A DNA stretch of 64,000 nucleotides from Cyanophora paradoxa CCMP329 (taxonomy: Eukaryota > Plantae > Glaucophyta). The translations under genes and the position numbers were made by a program. The stretch lies in the NCBI GenBank assembly GCA_004431415.1, contig QPMI01000455.1, positions 19,510 to 83,509 on the forward strand, written 5' to 3'. Below, in pieces: positions 21,994 through 31,837 of the stretch (the stretch's first letter is position 1; each line of letters starts with the position of its first letter). Below the pieces are notes generated by a model. The model was not told the DNA's origin and did no database searches. It was given only the letters and a program-made list of their open reading frames with translations.

Positions 21994-22830
21994 ATGGCAG
22001 AGGCACCCACACCAATAGAGCGAATTATAACACCACAGCTATCATTAGCTGCCCCAGCAAACCATGTTTTACAGCATGCTACTTTTGATGATGTGGAAGG
22101 TCTCCAATCCACAGAGGTCCAACCTACAATGAACACCTTTGGTTCCACCCACAAACTGAGATTACAGGAACTCAGATGTGATAAAAATAATGGAATAGTT
22201 AAGACAACTAAGCTACTTGTCACAAATGCAAACTTTTCTGCTCATTATGGAGACCCAGATAGCTATGGAGATCCTCTGTCTACTTATTCTTTTGAATCTA
22301 GGTCGGGAGCTATTAACTGCAAATCGGGGGGAGCATATATTGGTGATGGTCTTAGGGTTGGTGGGGCTGTTGGAGCGCCTCTATTTGTGAATGATCAACC
22401 CAATCCCATTGATCCCAATACCAGAATTCGAACCTATGTCCCCAGCATGAATGCCCCCTATATAATAAAAATATTCCCCATTGTTGTAAATGAACAAACA
22501 GCAGTAGTAGACTCTCTTGTTGAAATTGGTGACCACTACAAGGTAGTTGTGGATATCCCACCAGATGTTTATGCTCTTTGTCAAGTAGAGGGTGGAACTC
22601 CTAATTTTGCAGTTGTGATCACCCCATATGATAATTTCGGAATTGCTTATCATGGAGTCAATTTTGGTTTGGAAGATTATCAGTTCTTAGTGAGAGCCAC
22701 CAAGTTTGGTATATACAAATGTGTATTATATGCTGAGAGAACCGATTTTATTGCAAAGCAGAATACCTATGCTGAGTACTATGGGACAAATCGATATTTC
22801 CCCATTTTTGGGCAGGATACTGCTCCATAA
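21994..22830 (+). CDS. Short fibre/spike-like paralogue 2
   Basis: 278 aa; paralogous to 21126-21970 and 24660-25289. Confidence 0.65.
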   Translation: MAEAPTPIERIITPQLSLAAPANHVLQHATFDDVEGLQSTEVQPTMNTFGSTHKLRLQELRCDKNNGIVKTTKLLVTNANFSAHYGDPDSYGDPLSTYSFESRSGAINCKSGGAYIGDGLRVGGAVGAPLFVNDQPNPIDPNTRIRTYVPSMNAPYIIKIFPIVVNEQTAVVDSLVEIGDHYKVVVDIPPDVYALCQVEGGTPNFAVVITPYDNFGIAYHGVNFGLEDYQFLVRATKFGIYKCVLYAERTDFIAKQNTYAEYYGTNRYFPIFGQDTAP

Positions 22831-22852
22831 GAATATTGGTTATATATAGAGT

Positions 22853-23125
22853 ATGGATAGTAAAACAAAAAAGTTTATTGATGCTGCTATGACAGTTCAT
22901 GGTAAAGATAAATTCGATTACAGTGAGACACATTACATCAAAGCTCAAGAGAAAGTATCTGTGAGATGTTTGCAGTGTAACAAGGTGATCCTTACCTATC
23001 CCTTTAATCATGTGAAGGGGTCAGGTTGCAGGGACTGTAACAAAAGAAAGAGTCAAGCACACAGGAAAAGAGCTACTTCATCAATCAGAGTAGAGTATAG
23101 GGATATTTGCATTAGGTTTGACTAG
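22853..23125 (+). CDS. Single Zn-binding (DUF723-like) repeat protein without nuclease domain
   Basis: FIDAAMTVHGKDKFDYS..C..C..H..GSGC..C matches the repeats of the endonuclease at 51613-52544. Confidence 0.7.
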   Translation: MDSKTKKFIDAAMTVHGKDKFDYSETHYIKAQEKVSVRCLQCNKVILTYPFNHVKGSGCRDCNKRKSQAHRKRATSSIRVEYRDICIRFD

Positions 23126-23148
23126 TTAATTTTTCTAAGGTATTCTTA

Positions 23149-23547
23149 ATGGAGACTCAATACAGAGGCTTTCATGTTATGCTTGATTACAAGGCTAAAT
23201 CAGCTATTGCAACAGGACATGAGCATGTTAGCTTCCTAGGTAATTGGATTATGGGAACCCTTGAACAAGCAGTATTAAGACAAGGCATTAGGATTGTTCA
23301 TAAACACTGTGAGATATTTGATGGCAAACTATCACCTCCTGGTTTTGCATTGGTTTTGCTATTAGATGAAAGCCATTGCACAGCTCATTGTTATTCCAAT
23401 GAAGGCATGTTAGCAATTGATATATTCAGTTGTGGTAAAGAAGCTCAGCATAAAACACAATCAGTTGCAGATGAGATCGATAAAACAATGAATTTCCTCA
23501 CATTTGAGAAGACTGAGAGACATAAACATGATAGATTCCCGTTTTGA
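23149..23547 (+). CDS. speD: S-adenosylmethionine decarboxylase proenzyme, prokaryotic short class
   Basis: GFHVMLD, PPG..LLLDESH (pyruvoyl cleavage E|SH), AIDIFSCG; 132 aa, intact in both copies. Confidence 0.85.
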   Translation: METQYRGFHVMLDYKAKSAIATGHEHVSFLGNWIMGTLEQAVLRQGIRIVHKHCEIFDGKLSPPGFALVLLLDESHCTAHCYSNEGMLAIDIFSCGKEAQHKTQSVADEIDKTMNFLTFEKTERHKHDRFPF

Positions 23548-24031
23548 TGAGTTTCTTTCCTTTGTTTTCTAACAATAACATTGATCAGCTACTGTAACAA
23601 AAAGATATAATATATCCTTTTCCTACAGTAGCTTTCTACAATGATTATTTTCCGGATTCCGGTCATTTGTTACAATAGAATTCTACTGTATGATGTAGCC
23701 TAAATATGACTACACCTTAGACTTGCATATGTTAAATTTCGAATACTATTCGATTTCTTTACACTAAACCCTCAGCATCTCCTCTTGATTCCCCCTATTA
23801 TATTATATTTATATTTAAGTGGACTCAAGGTTGACTCATATTAATCGTAAAAGTAGTAATAGTATATGGATTTTGTTACGAATTCAATGGGAGGGTTGAC
23901 TAAGTGGGTTGAGTTGACTCAAATTTCACAGGAAATAACAATGAATCAGAGTATAAATGCATTTTTTGAATCAACTACACCAACTAACACTGAGATTTTA
24001 ACAATATATGAGGTCCTTACTGAATATGGTT

Positions 24032-24123
24032 TGTGTCACAGGTGTCACAGGTCTATCCCAGCTCAAGCCCTATAAAGAGTGATTTTCCCTTTCGATGGGA
24101 TGGACCTGTGACACCTGTGACAC
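24032..24123. repeat. Palindromic iteron-like element (TCACAGG units), second site
   Basis: gtgtcacaggtgtcacaggtctatccca ... tgggatggacctgtgacacctgtgacac. Confidence 0.8.
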
Positions 24124-24375
24124 CCAATTATTTCAAAAATCCTAAGGGTCCCCCCTTAGACTCATTAAAACATGATAATAACATATCAATTTCATGTATA
24201 ATTACGATTGGATTCAATAAGAGATCTATTTGTTTTATTTAACAAATGAATCTTTTATGGATCTTAATCGAGTTAAGCGATATGTTTCCGATTAAATGAA
24301 TTAAATTTAATTAAATTTAATCGAGAAAGTACATGAATATAATATCGATTAAATCAATTAACTTTTAGACCAATC

Positions 24376-24659
24376 ACACATAGTAAAATGCGGAGTTTTA
24401 ACCAGAGGCAAGATCTAATTGAGATTCAGTTATATTATTCGGAAATATATACAGATTATCGATAGACTCAGTAAGACTAATCGGAAAATAAGAGAAATTT
24501 ACGATAAAATATCGAAAAGAATACAAAATAATCGAAATAAATGAATATTCGATAAGATATACACAGATTATCGATTGATTGAAATAGAATATACGAGATA
24601 TATCAACAAAATCAATTAAGATTAAGCCGAGGGTTAAAACTCCGCATTTTACTATGTGT
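24376..24659. repeat. 284-bp terminal cassette bounded by 28-bp inverted repeats
   Basis: acacatagtaaaatgcggagttttaacc (24376-24403) and its reverse complement (24632-24659); very AT-rich interior. Confidence 0.9.
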
Positions 24660-25289
24660 AATCTTGTCGTAACAAATGCAAATTTTAATTCGAACTATGG
24701 TGATTTTGACAGCTATGATGATGCTAACAAGATTAATAACTTTACCTATGAATCCAGAAAAGGGGCCGTCACCTGCAGGTCCGGAGGTGCGTATATAGGG
24801 GATGGCCTGAGAGTAGGCGGAGCCGCTTGTGCTCCTATATTTGTTAATGATCAACCTAACCCTGAAAACACTAATGAAAGAATCAGAACCTATGTGCCTT
24901 CTATGAATTCGCCTTATATCATCAAAGTCTTCACGCTAAACATAAATGAGCAAACATCGATCGTAGATAATGTTCAGCCACTCGGAAATCACTTCAAGAG
25001 TGTTGTTGATATTCCCCCGGATATCTATTTCCTTTGTAGGAGAAATGATGCTCTCCGGCCAAATATAGCTGTTTTAATCAATCCTATTGACAATTTTGGT
25101 GTCGCTTTCCATTCTACTCCAGTGGGGGTTGAAGATTACCAGTTTATTGTGAGGGCAACGCTTATGGGTGCCTACAAAATTATTCTATTTGCCGAAAGAA
25201 CAGATGTGATTGCAAATGGTGTCAAGTACGGGGAAACGTTCAATTCGAATCGTTATTTCCCAATCGGCGGGGCCGATCCTAATCCCTGA
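24660..25289 (+). pseudogene. 5'-truncated short fibre paralogue from a more divergent PLV
   Basis: Aligns to 21994-22830 from LVVTNANF onward; N-terminus replaced by the copy A terminus. Confidence 0.85.
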
Positions 25290-25323
25290 GTTCGTTCTGA
25301 ATTATTTGCTGAGACCTCTGATA

Positions 25324-25569
25324 ATGGCCTCATGTCTTGCAGGGCTGTTTGAGTTGCTACATCATTTCCATGCGCACTCCCGCTTGCAATCCCAGTGTTG
25401 CACTGCGGATCTTGACCTTTCCTTTGGTGGTGATCATGACAGCAACAGCGCCAACCGTGAAGTTGAACACGAAGCTCTTCAGCACGTAGAAGATCCAGCA
25501 CCACCTGGTGTGTACTACCAGAGGCCTCGGACACCGTCAATAACATACCATCTATATCAGGATGCCTAA
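25324..25569 (+). CDS. Small hypothetical protein, possible homologue of 7948-8220
   Basis: H..S...S.CC motif followed by an acidic tail. Confidence 0.4.
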   Translation: MASCLAGLFELLHHFHAHSRLQSQCCTADLDLSFGGDHDSNSANREVEHEALQHVEDPAPPGVYYQRPRTPSITYHLYQDA

Positions 25570-25652
25570 ATGTTTGGGACATCCTTTTGTTTGCATTTGA
25601 AAAAAAGAAACGGGGACAGCCAGCCGTTTCAAACACATAGATACCTTTTTAT

Positions 25653-26156
25653 TTACGCCCTGTTTTCAATTGGGAAATTAAGACGTAGAAAAGGCCGGTC
25701 TGCCTCTGCAGTGTGCTCAAGTAGATACTGATCTCGAGCTCTGGCTGCTTCCTCCGCTGTGGAGAAGCATCCGACATCGATTGTTTTTCTATTTTTGCCA
25801 ATGGTAGCAACCCATCTGCTTTTCGATCTGTTGTAACTCAATCCAAGGAATCCGCTGGTGTTATTCGAATTCTTGTCTCGATGCATTCGGTGCTGCTGTT
25901 TTGTTACGAACTTTAGATTATCTCTGCGACAATCCAGTTTATCCCCGCTGACACAGAGGATGCTATGATCTGCAGGAGCTTTCCCCTTCACCAGATCTCT
26001 AAATTTCTTATGCCATCTCTCTTCAGGGTGGAATGCTACTGGATAGCCATTCGAGTCTATGTAGAACCTCAGACCAGAGAATTTCTCCTCGTCATCTTTC
26101 GAGATTAGCACTGAGTGCACTGTGTTTGGTGTCTTCACCTGAATTGCAGAGTCCAT
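25653..26156 (-). CDS. HNH-AP2 domain protein with degenerate HNH site
   Basis: SGDKLDCRRDNL; NNTSGFLGLSY..RWVATI..GCFSTAEEAARARD (AP2). Confidence 0.85.
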   Translation of the reverse strand: MDSAIQVKTPNTVHSVLISKDDEEKFSGLRFYIDSNGYPVAFHPEERWHKKFRDLVKGKAPADHSILCVSGDKLDCRRDNLKFVTKQQHRMHRDKNSNNTSGFLGLSYNRSKSRWVATIGKNRKTIDVGCFSTAEEAARARDQYLLEHTAEADRPFLRLNFPIENRA

Positions 26157-26359
26157 GTATCTTCCTTTCGATAATATAAGAGATTGTGTTCTCTTTATGT
26201 CATACACACCCCTCATATTAAACCGGGAATTTCTAGTGCGGCCTCTCAGTGGACACTAGAATGCCTAAGCTCATACCCTAAAGTGAATTCCCAATCAGCC
26301 TCAAAGGCTCTCCCGTTAGCTACCTCCTCGAAGCTAAATCGAAATTTATTTTTCAACCC

Positions 26360-29300
26360 CGAAGGTACCCACGCACACGCCCTCTGTTACGTCACTGCAG
26401 AGGGAAACGTGTAAAACGATTTTGGTACACGCACGGCAAAATCAGATCGATCTAGTGAGGGGAAGACGCTAAATACCCATGGAACCGCGGCCCGGAGCGA
26501 AGCGAAGTGGCCGTAAGCGGGGTCCATGGGTGTACAACAGACGCCCTGACCGCGCCGTCGCACGTCGACGCCGCAATCTCGGCCTTGCAATCGGGTCTCG
26601 TCCCCTCCTCGACTACCTCCGCGCCGTCGCACGCCGACGCCGCAACCCCGACCCTCCCGACGGCTGCACCCTCGCGCGTCGAAGCTGCAGCCGCCGTCCC
26701 CACCATCCCCGTCGCTGCCTCCCGCGTGCCGTCACACGACGATGCCACCACGGGCACGACCGCGATTACTACGACACAGGCCTCCGCTCCCGCCTCCTCT
26801 ACGAGCGTGCCCTCGACCGTCGGGACCTCAGGAACTCTGACACCGTCGCGCGTCGACGCTGCCTCGACTCCTACGGTCCCTGCTGCCTTGACCCGCTTCA
26901 CCCCTCCCGCCGGCGCTCGCTCGGGGCAATCTCAAATTGAAACCAAGCAAGTGTCACTTCATGGTCCGCAAGATCGACCTTCTTGGCCACCGCGTCAGCG
27001 CTCAGGGCGTTCGCATGGACACGAAGAAGGTGGAGGTGATCTCCAAGATTACCGAACGAGAACTGCAGACCGTCGAGCACATGCGCAGCTTCCTCGGCAT
27101 GACGGGTTTCTACAGGCGCTTCATCCGCAACTACACGCGACGCGAGCTTCCGCTCCGTGACCTGATTCACGCAGCGAAGCTAGCGGACACGACGCAGCTC
27201 CAGTGGACGCCAGAAGCCAGCGAAGCACTCGCAGACCTCAAGAAGGTCATGTGCGACGACATCGTGCTCATGCTCCCTGACTTTTCCAAACCGTTCATCA
27301 TCTACACGGATTGGAGCCTGCGAGCAATGGGCGCGGCACTCATGCAAACAGACTCTGACAGTCAAGAACGACCAATCGCCTTCATCAGCCGAACCCTGAC
27401 GGCCACGGAGGCGCGGTACAGCTCCCCGACGGAAGGCGAGTGCATTGCAGTCATGTGGGCCGTCAAGACGTGGCGACACTACTTCGACTGCGGGCACCCG
27501 TTTACCATCCGCACGGACCACTCGCCGCTTCAGTGGTTGAAGTCGCAAGAACTCCTGGCGAACAAAGCGCTTTCACGCGCGGCGCTCGTCATGCAAGGCT
27601 TCAACTACACAATTGAGTACAGACCGGGCTCGACTAACGTTGTTGCCGACTTCGAGTCGCGCATGGCTCGTACGCATCCGATCTATGAGCCGGGAGCGGC
27701 GGACGGATCGGACCTCACCACCGACCTGCCCAATGGGGCTCACGGACACTCGGTACCCCGCAGCGGCGACCCCGACGACCCGACAGAAATCTACGGCACG
27801 CTCGTCCCCGTGACGACCGAGCCTACGACATCTATCGCGGCCGCCGGCCTCGACGGACGCGCATGGGCACCACCAGCACCTGGAACAAAGCGACGCCGAC
27901 CGGTGACATTGGCCGAGCCTCGTAGCTCGCCCAACTCGCCACCACAACGCGCCCGCCGCAAGCCAGAGGAGCAGGTGACGGAAGATGCCGAGGACGTGAC
28001 TTCCGAGGTGGACCCCGCGGAGTTCTCCGATGCTGACGACGACGACCTCTCGTCTGAGGAACAGCGGAGCTCGCCCTCGCACGCCGAGGCCGACCCCCCT
28101 GGACGGACGGGACCTCACTCTGAGGAACAGCGGAGCTCGCCCGCGCTCGGCAACACCACGCGCGACGGGACTCGCGGCTCGGGAGATCGAGGGAGAGGGA
28201 GGGGTACACTGCGCGGGCGACCTCGTGGACGACCACGGGGGCGACCTCGCCTGCACCACCCCAGAAACCGCCCTTCAGCAACCGAGCCTCGCAAGCCGGT
28301 GCTGCCTGACGCGGATCCGATCGGGAACCTTCTCCCACCTCCCCAACTCCCCGGCGGCCTTCAGCTTGAGATCGAGAACTACTGGCGGCAGGACGCGCAA
28401 CGCCATCTTGACGGACGCCAACACGAACTCGCTCGGCCGGAGCCCGACGGCAAGGCTGACCCGCCGCTCTCGCCGAACAGCTCGGTTGGGGAACCGATGG
28501 ACGTGACGGACGGGGAACCTCCTCAAGCGACCCTTCCTGCGCCCGCAGCATCACCTGCCTATGCGGGGCAGCAGGGCAACAAGCAGTCTCGACGCAGGGC
28601 AGAGGATCGCCATCGAGCTGCGAAGCAGGCCCAACACCGTTCGCTCAAACAACAGGCGCAGCAACGACACGAGGAGAACGTGCGCAACAACGCAGATCCT
28701 GACGGAGCCGAGGCGCGTCCTCGCCTCTCGAAGGAGCAGCGTAAGCAACGCCGTGACACTCGTCGTCAAGAACTCGAGATGCAGGCGCCACGCCCCCCGA
28801 ACCTCATCCTCACTCGTGGTGCGGGGTCTCGCAAGGGTCGGTACGCCATCGCGCCCCCCAGCGTGATGGATGTGCTTGACGAAGCTCTCCTCCCGACACC
28901 GACTCCACCGGAGACGCTGGGCAACGAGCGCGAACTTCCACCCGCGGAGCCGTTCTCGACAGACGGCGTCGCTCCGCTGGATGACCGTACTGGCGGGCGC
29001 AACGCCCCGAAGCCGGTCTATCTGCCGCCAGAGACCACTGTCGCCGACTGCTGGATGCAGGGACCTCAGCCGCTGGTTGAAGTCCCTGTACCACCTGCAC
29101 TACAGCCTCTGACGGTCGACGGAGCCTCTATGGTAGAAGATCAGAAGACAGACCCGCTCTGTCAGATGATCATCGCGTTCAAGCTTCGGAAGGAGAACCT
29201 TGCTCGTTGTTACGGCCACACTCACAGCGCCGACATCCTGAGTCGTGATCCCGACGTCTCAAAGACCTGCTTCGGCTGTGGGCAGGCACGGGAACGCTTT

Positions 29301-31600
29301 GCAAAGGAGGTGGGACGCTACTGTCTCTCTCGTTCTGGCGTGGTTCTCCGCACTCCCCTCTTCCCAACGATGGGCTCGCCGGTGGTAGTACCTCAGCGCT
29401 GGAGGGCTGCAGTGATGGAAGCGTATCACGATGACTGGGCCCACCGAGGCGCCTCCATCGTCGCCCGTCGCATCGCGACTCGCTTCTGGTGGCCTGGCAT
29501 GACGAAGATGGTGCACCGCTACGTTCGTACTTGTCACCACTGCCAGCTGGCGAAGGCCAAGCACCGGCCTCGAGTGCAGCACATGATCATCGAATCGCGA
29601 CACCCTGGCGACCTGCGACAAGCTGATCTCTGCCCGATGCCTCACGCCAAGGACGCTCCTCACCGCTTTACGCAAGTGCTGATTGACATCGACGCGTACA
29701 CCAAGTATCCGGAGATCATCATGCTCACGGAAGCTGACGGCACGGCCATGGAATGGGCTGCGCAGAGCATCCAGTCCTCAAACGGCACGCCCAAACGTTA
29801 CCTCACGGACAACGGCACGGTTTTCAAGCCGAAGACGCCTTGGGGCAAGTTTTGGACCCAGCAGGGTGTGCGGCTCATCTACACTGGTGTCTCTCATCAG
29901 TCAACCAACGGCGGTGCCGAACGACTTGTCGGGGTGTACAAGCGGCTTGTCTTTGCGCTCTGCGCCGAGGACAAGCACGACAACGTCTACTGGCCGTACT
30001 ACCACTATCGTGTGCTCTTCGCGCTGCGCACTACGATCCACGCGGCAACCGGCTTCTCTCCGGCTACGCTTCACCATGGACGCGAGCTGGTACTGCCCGG
30101 GGACCTCCGCCTGGATCTTGTTCAGCGTGAACCCTTTGGCGAACCTTACACGTACGCGGAGTATGCGCTGGCTGTCGCACGGGCGGCTTCCAGCGTCGCC
30201 GAGGCGGTCAAGGCTCACCGGAAGATGTACAATCACAAACTCCTCCGCTACGGCACCGGCAACGAACCTCGCCAGATTTTTGTGCCGGGCGACAAGGTGC
30301 TCTGCTGGAGCGAGAGCGCGAAGGCGACCAACGTCATGAAGCATGGTACTCGTAACGGCTGGACTGGCCCGTACGTGGTCGTGGAGGTCTTCTCTCACGG
30401 CTACCTCTACACCGTACGCGGCAACCCGTCATCCCGCATGCATCGTTCGACGGACGTTGTGGTGCACGTCGACAACATCATTCCGTACTATGACCGCCCC
30501 GATAACTTCGCCGAGGATCCGAAGCCTGGTCGGCCTCGACGGCGTGTCCCTGAACCTGCTCCTCCGCCTCCGGTGCATCTGGACGCGGATGGTGACCAGC
30601 CTATGGAGGACCCGCTGATCTTGCACGACGATGAGCCTCGCCCTGAGGGCAGTCTGGCTGGAGAGGACATGTGTACAGCGACGACGACTCCGCGGAGTCT
30701 GAGCAGGAAGAGAGCGTACAGCTCCATGTTGTAAGCTGGCCGAAGCACGACTTCGCCTAGCTAGGATGCTGGGGCTGGTGGCGTTCGCCTCCATGATGGA
30801 CGCGGAGCTTGAGTTCCTGATCTTCCCTTGAGTCACTTTGGTGGTTGATGTGATGACTGTGAGGGTACTGCACCCGGCAGTGGACCCTGAGAGCTGCTGC
30901 GCCGGCGGCAGGCTCTGTTCAGTGGTTGGCCGCTGCTCATCGCAGCGGAGGGCCATTGCATCTGGCAGTGGGCCCTATAGTGGTGGTTGGCTGGCCGTCG
31001 CTCCAGCGACGGAGGGTCCTCATCGGACCTACCCCCAGTTTTCCCGTTGCTCAGCAGGAGCAGCGGGCTGGGAACCTTTTCTTATAGCTGTTCCGTTCAG
31101 TGCGTCCGACCCGCGTTGGTCGCACGCCTCCTGAATTGCTCCCCTTCCTTGGGCGCTGATTGGGTTGCGCAGTTGAAGCCGCGGGCTGATCACCCGTCCG
31201 GCTCTGGATCCTGCCACTCCCTGCTATCACCCTCTTCGCCTCTTGGCCGGCCCCTTCCGGCTGCTACCTGGCCTCCCTCGGGCGACACGAGGACGTGCCG
31301 ACGAGGGACACGCGGAGCTATTGCCTCACGGCTTTATGCCGTCAGGAGCCGGCCCTCCGAGTCTCGCTACTCGCAGCGCTTGGCCTTAGTCTCCGCGGTG
31401 CTCGCGTTGAGTGCGCCGATTGGACCCCTGCTACTTTTCATGTACCCCGCCTGGGCCCACACCCCGGGTGGCACACTTGTACCCTGTGCTTGTGCTTGCT
31501 CCTGGAATACCACCTCAGCTCGCTCTTGCCGCCGACCTGTTAGAACTGCGCAGCACGCATGGCCACGCCTAGCAGCACCGTAAACTAGGCTCATCTGAGT
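26360..31600 (+). mobile_element. Ty3/gypsy-like LTR retrotransposon remnant, internally deleted (boundaries approximate)
   Basis: Abrupt shift to high GC; pol domain order RT end - RNase H - integrase; no LTR pair identified. Confidence 0.75.
26920..30734 (+). CDS. pol: Ty3/gypsy pol fragment: RT C-terminus, RNase H, long low-complexity insert, HHCC + DDE integrase
   Basis: LKPSKCHF..LLGH, SFLGMTGFYRRFI, YTDWS, RTDHSPL, NVVAD; YHDDWAH..CHHC, QADL, TDNG, NGGAER, WTGPY. Confidence 0.92.
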
Positions 31601-31837
31601 TAACGTTACTGTTCAAGCTTATAAGATGGCGCCAGTCCCCTGTTCGCGCCTCCTTCGTCCTTGCGCTTCCCGTCCCCTAGCCTATAGCTATAGCTAGCCA
31701 CAGCTCACTGCATGATTATATTTACAATCTACGCGCGTTAGCTAATAAGATGGCTTCTACATCTAAGCTGGCGCTAGTGAGGCCCGGGAGGGAGGCGCCC
31801 CCGCGGGCGCCTCCAGCTCTCCCGTTTCGTCCTAATT

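Larger units (their letters stand above)
1..24659. mobile_element. Polinton-like virus / Maverick-type endogenous virus, copy A (left part outside window)
   Basis: Co-occurrence of rve integrase, pPolB, A32-like ATPase and capsid-like genes; AT-rich; homology to inverted copy B ends exactly at ...ACTATGTGT (24659). Confidence 0.92.

Noticed and set aside
18900-22830. Diversity-generating retroelement acting on fibre genes
   Set aside because: No template/variable repeat pair seen; the A/B differences inspected are not adenine-restricted; both RTs are gypsy and DIRS types.
23866-24075. 69-70 aa ORF (also 37437-37649) as a real gene
   Set aside because: Runs into the iteron palindrome (CHRCHR/CDRCDR is translated repeat) and overlaps duplicated non-coding blocks.
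24377-24403. RSS/Transib-like end (CACATAG...AACC)
   Set aside because: Weak resemblance, no 5-bp TSD and no RAG/Transib transposase in the window.
24372-24663. 4-bp TSD (aatc) around the 284-bp cassette, implying an independent MITE insertion
   Set aside because: Present only in A. The inner junction is identical in B while the outer one differs, and removing the cassette does not restore the truncated gene. Probably chance or microhomology.
26225-26265. Hammerhead ribozyme on the minus strand
   Set aside because: ctgagag...gaaa does not fit the CUGANGA core with proper stems.
30735-31750. LTR or DIRS terminal repeats
   Set aside because: No matching partner repeat could be found by eye, so element boundaries are left approximate.
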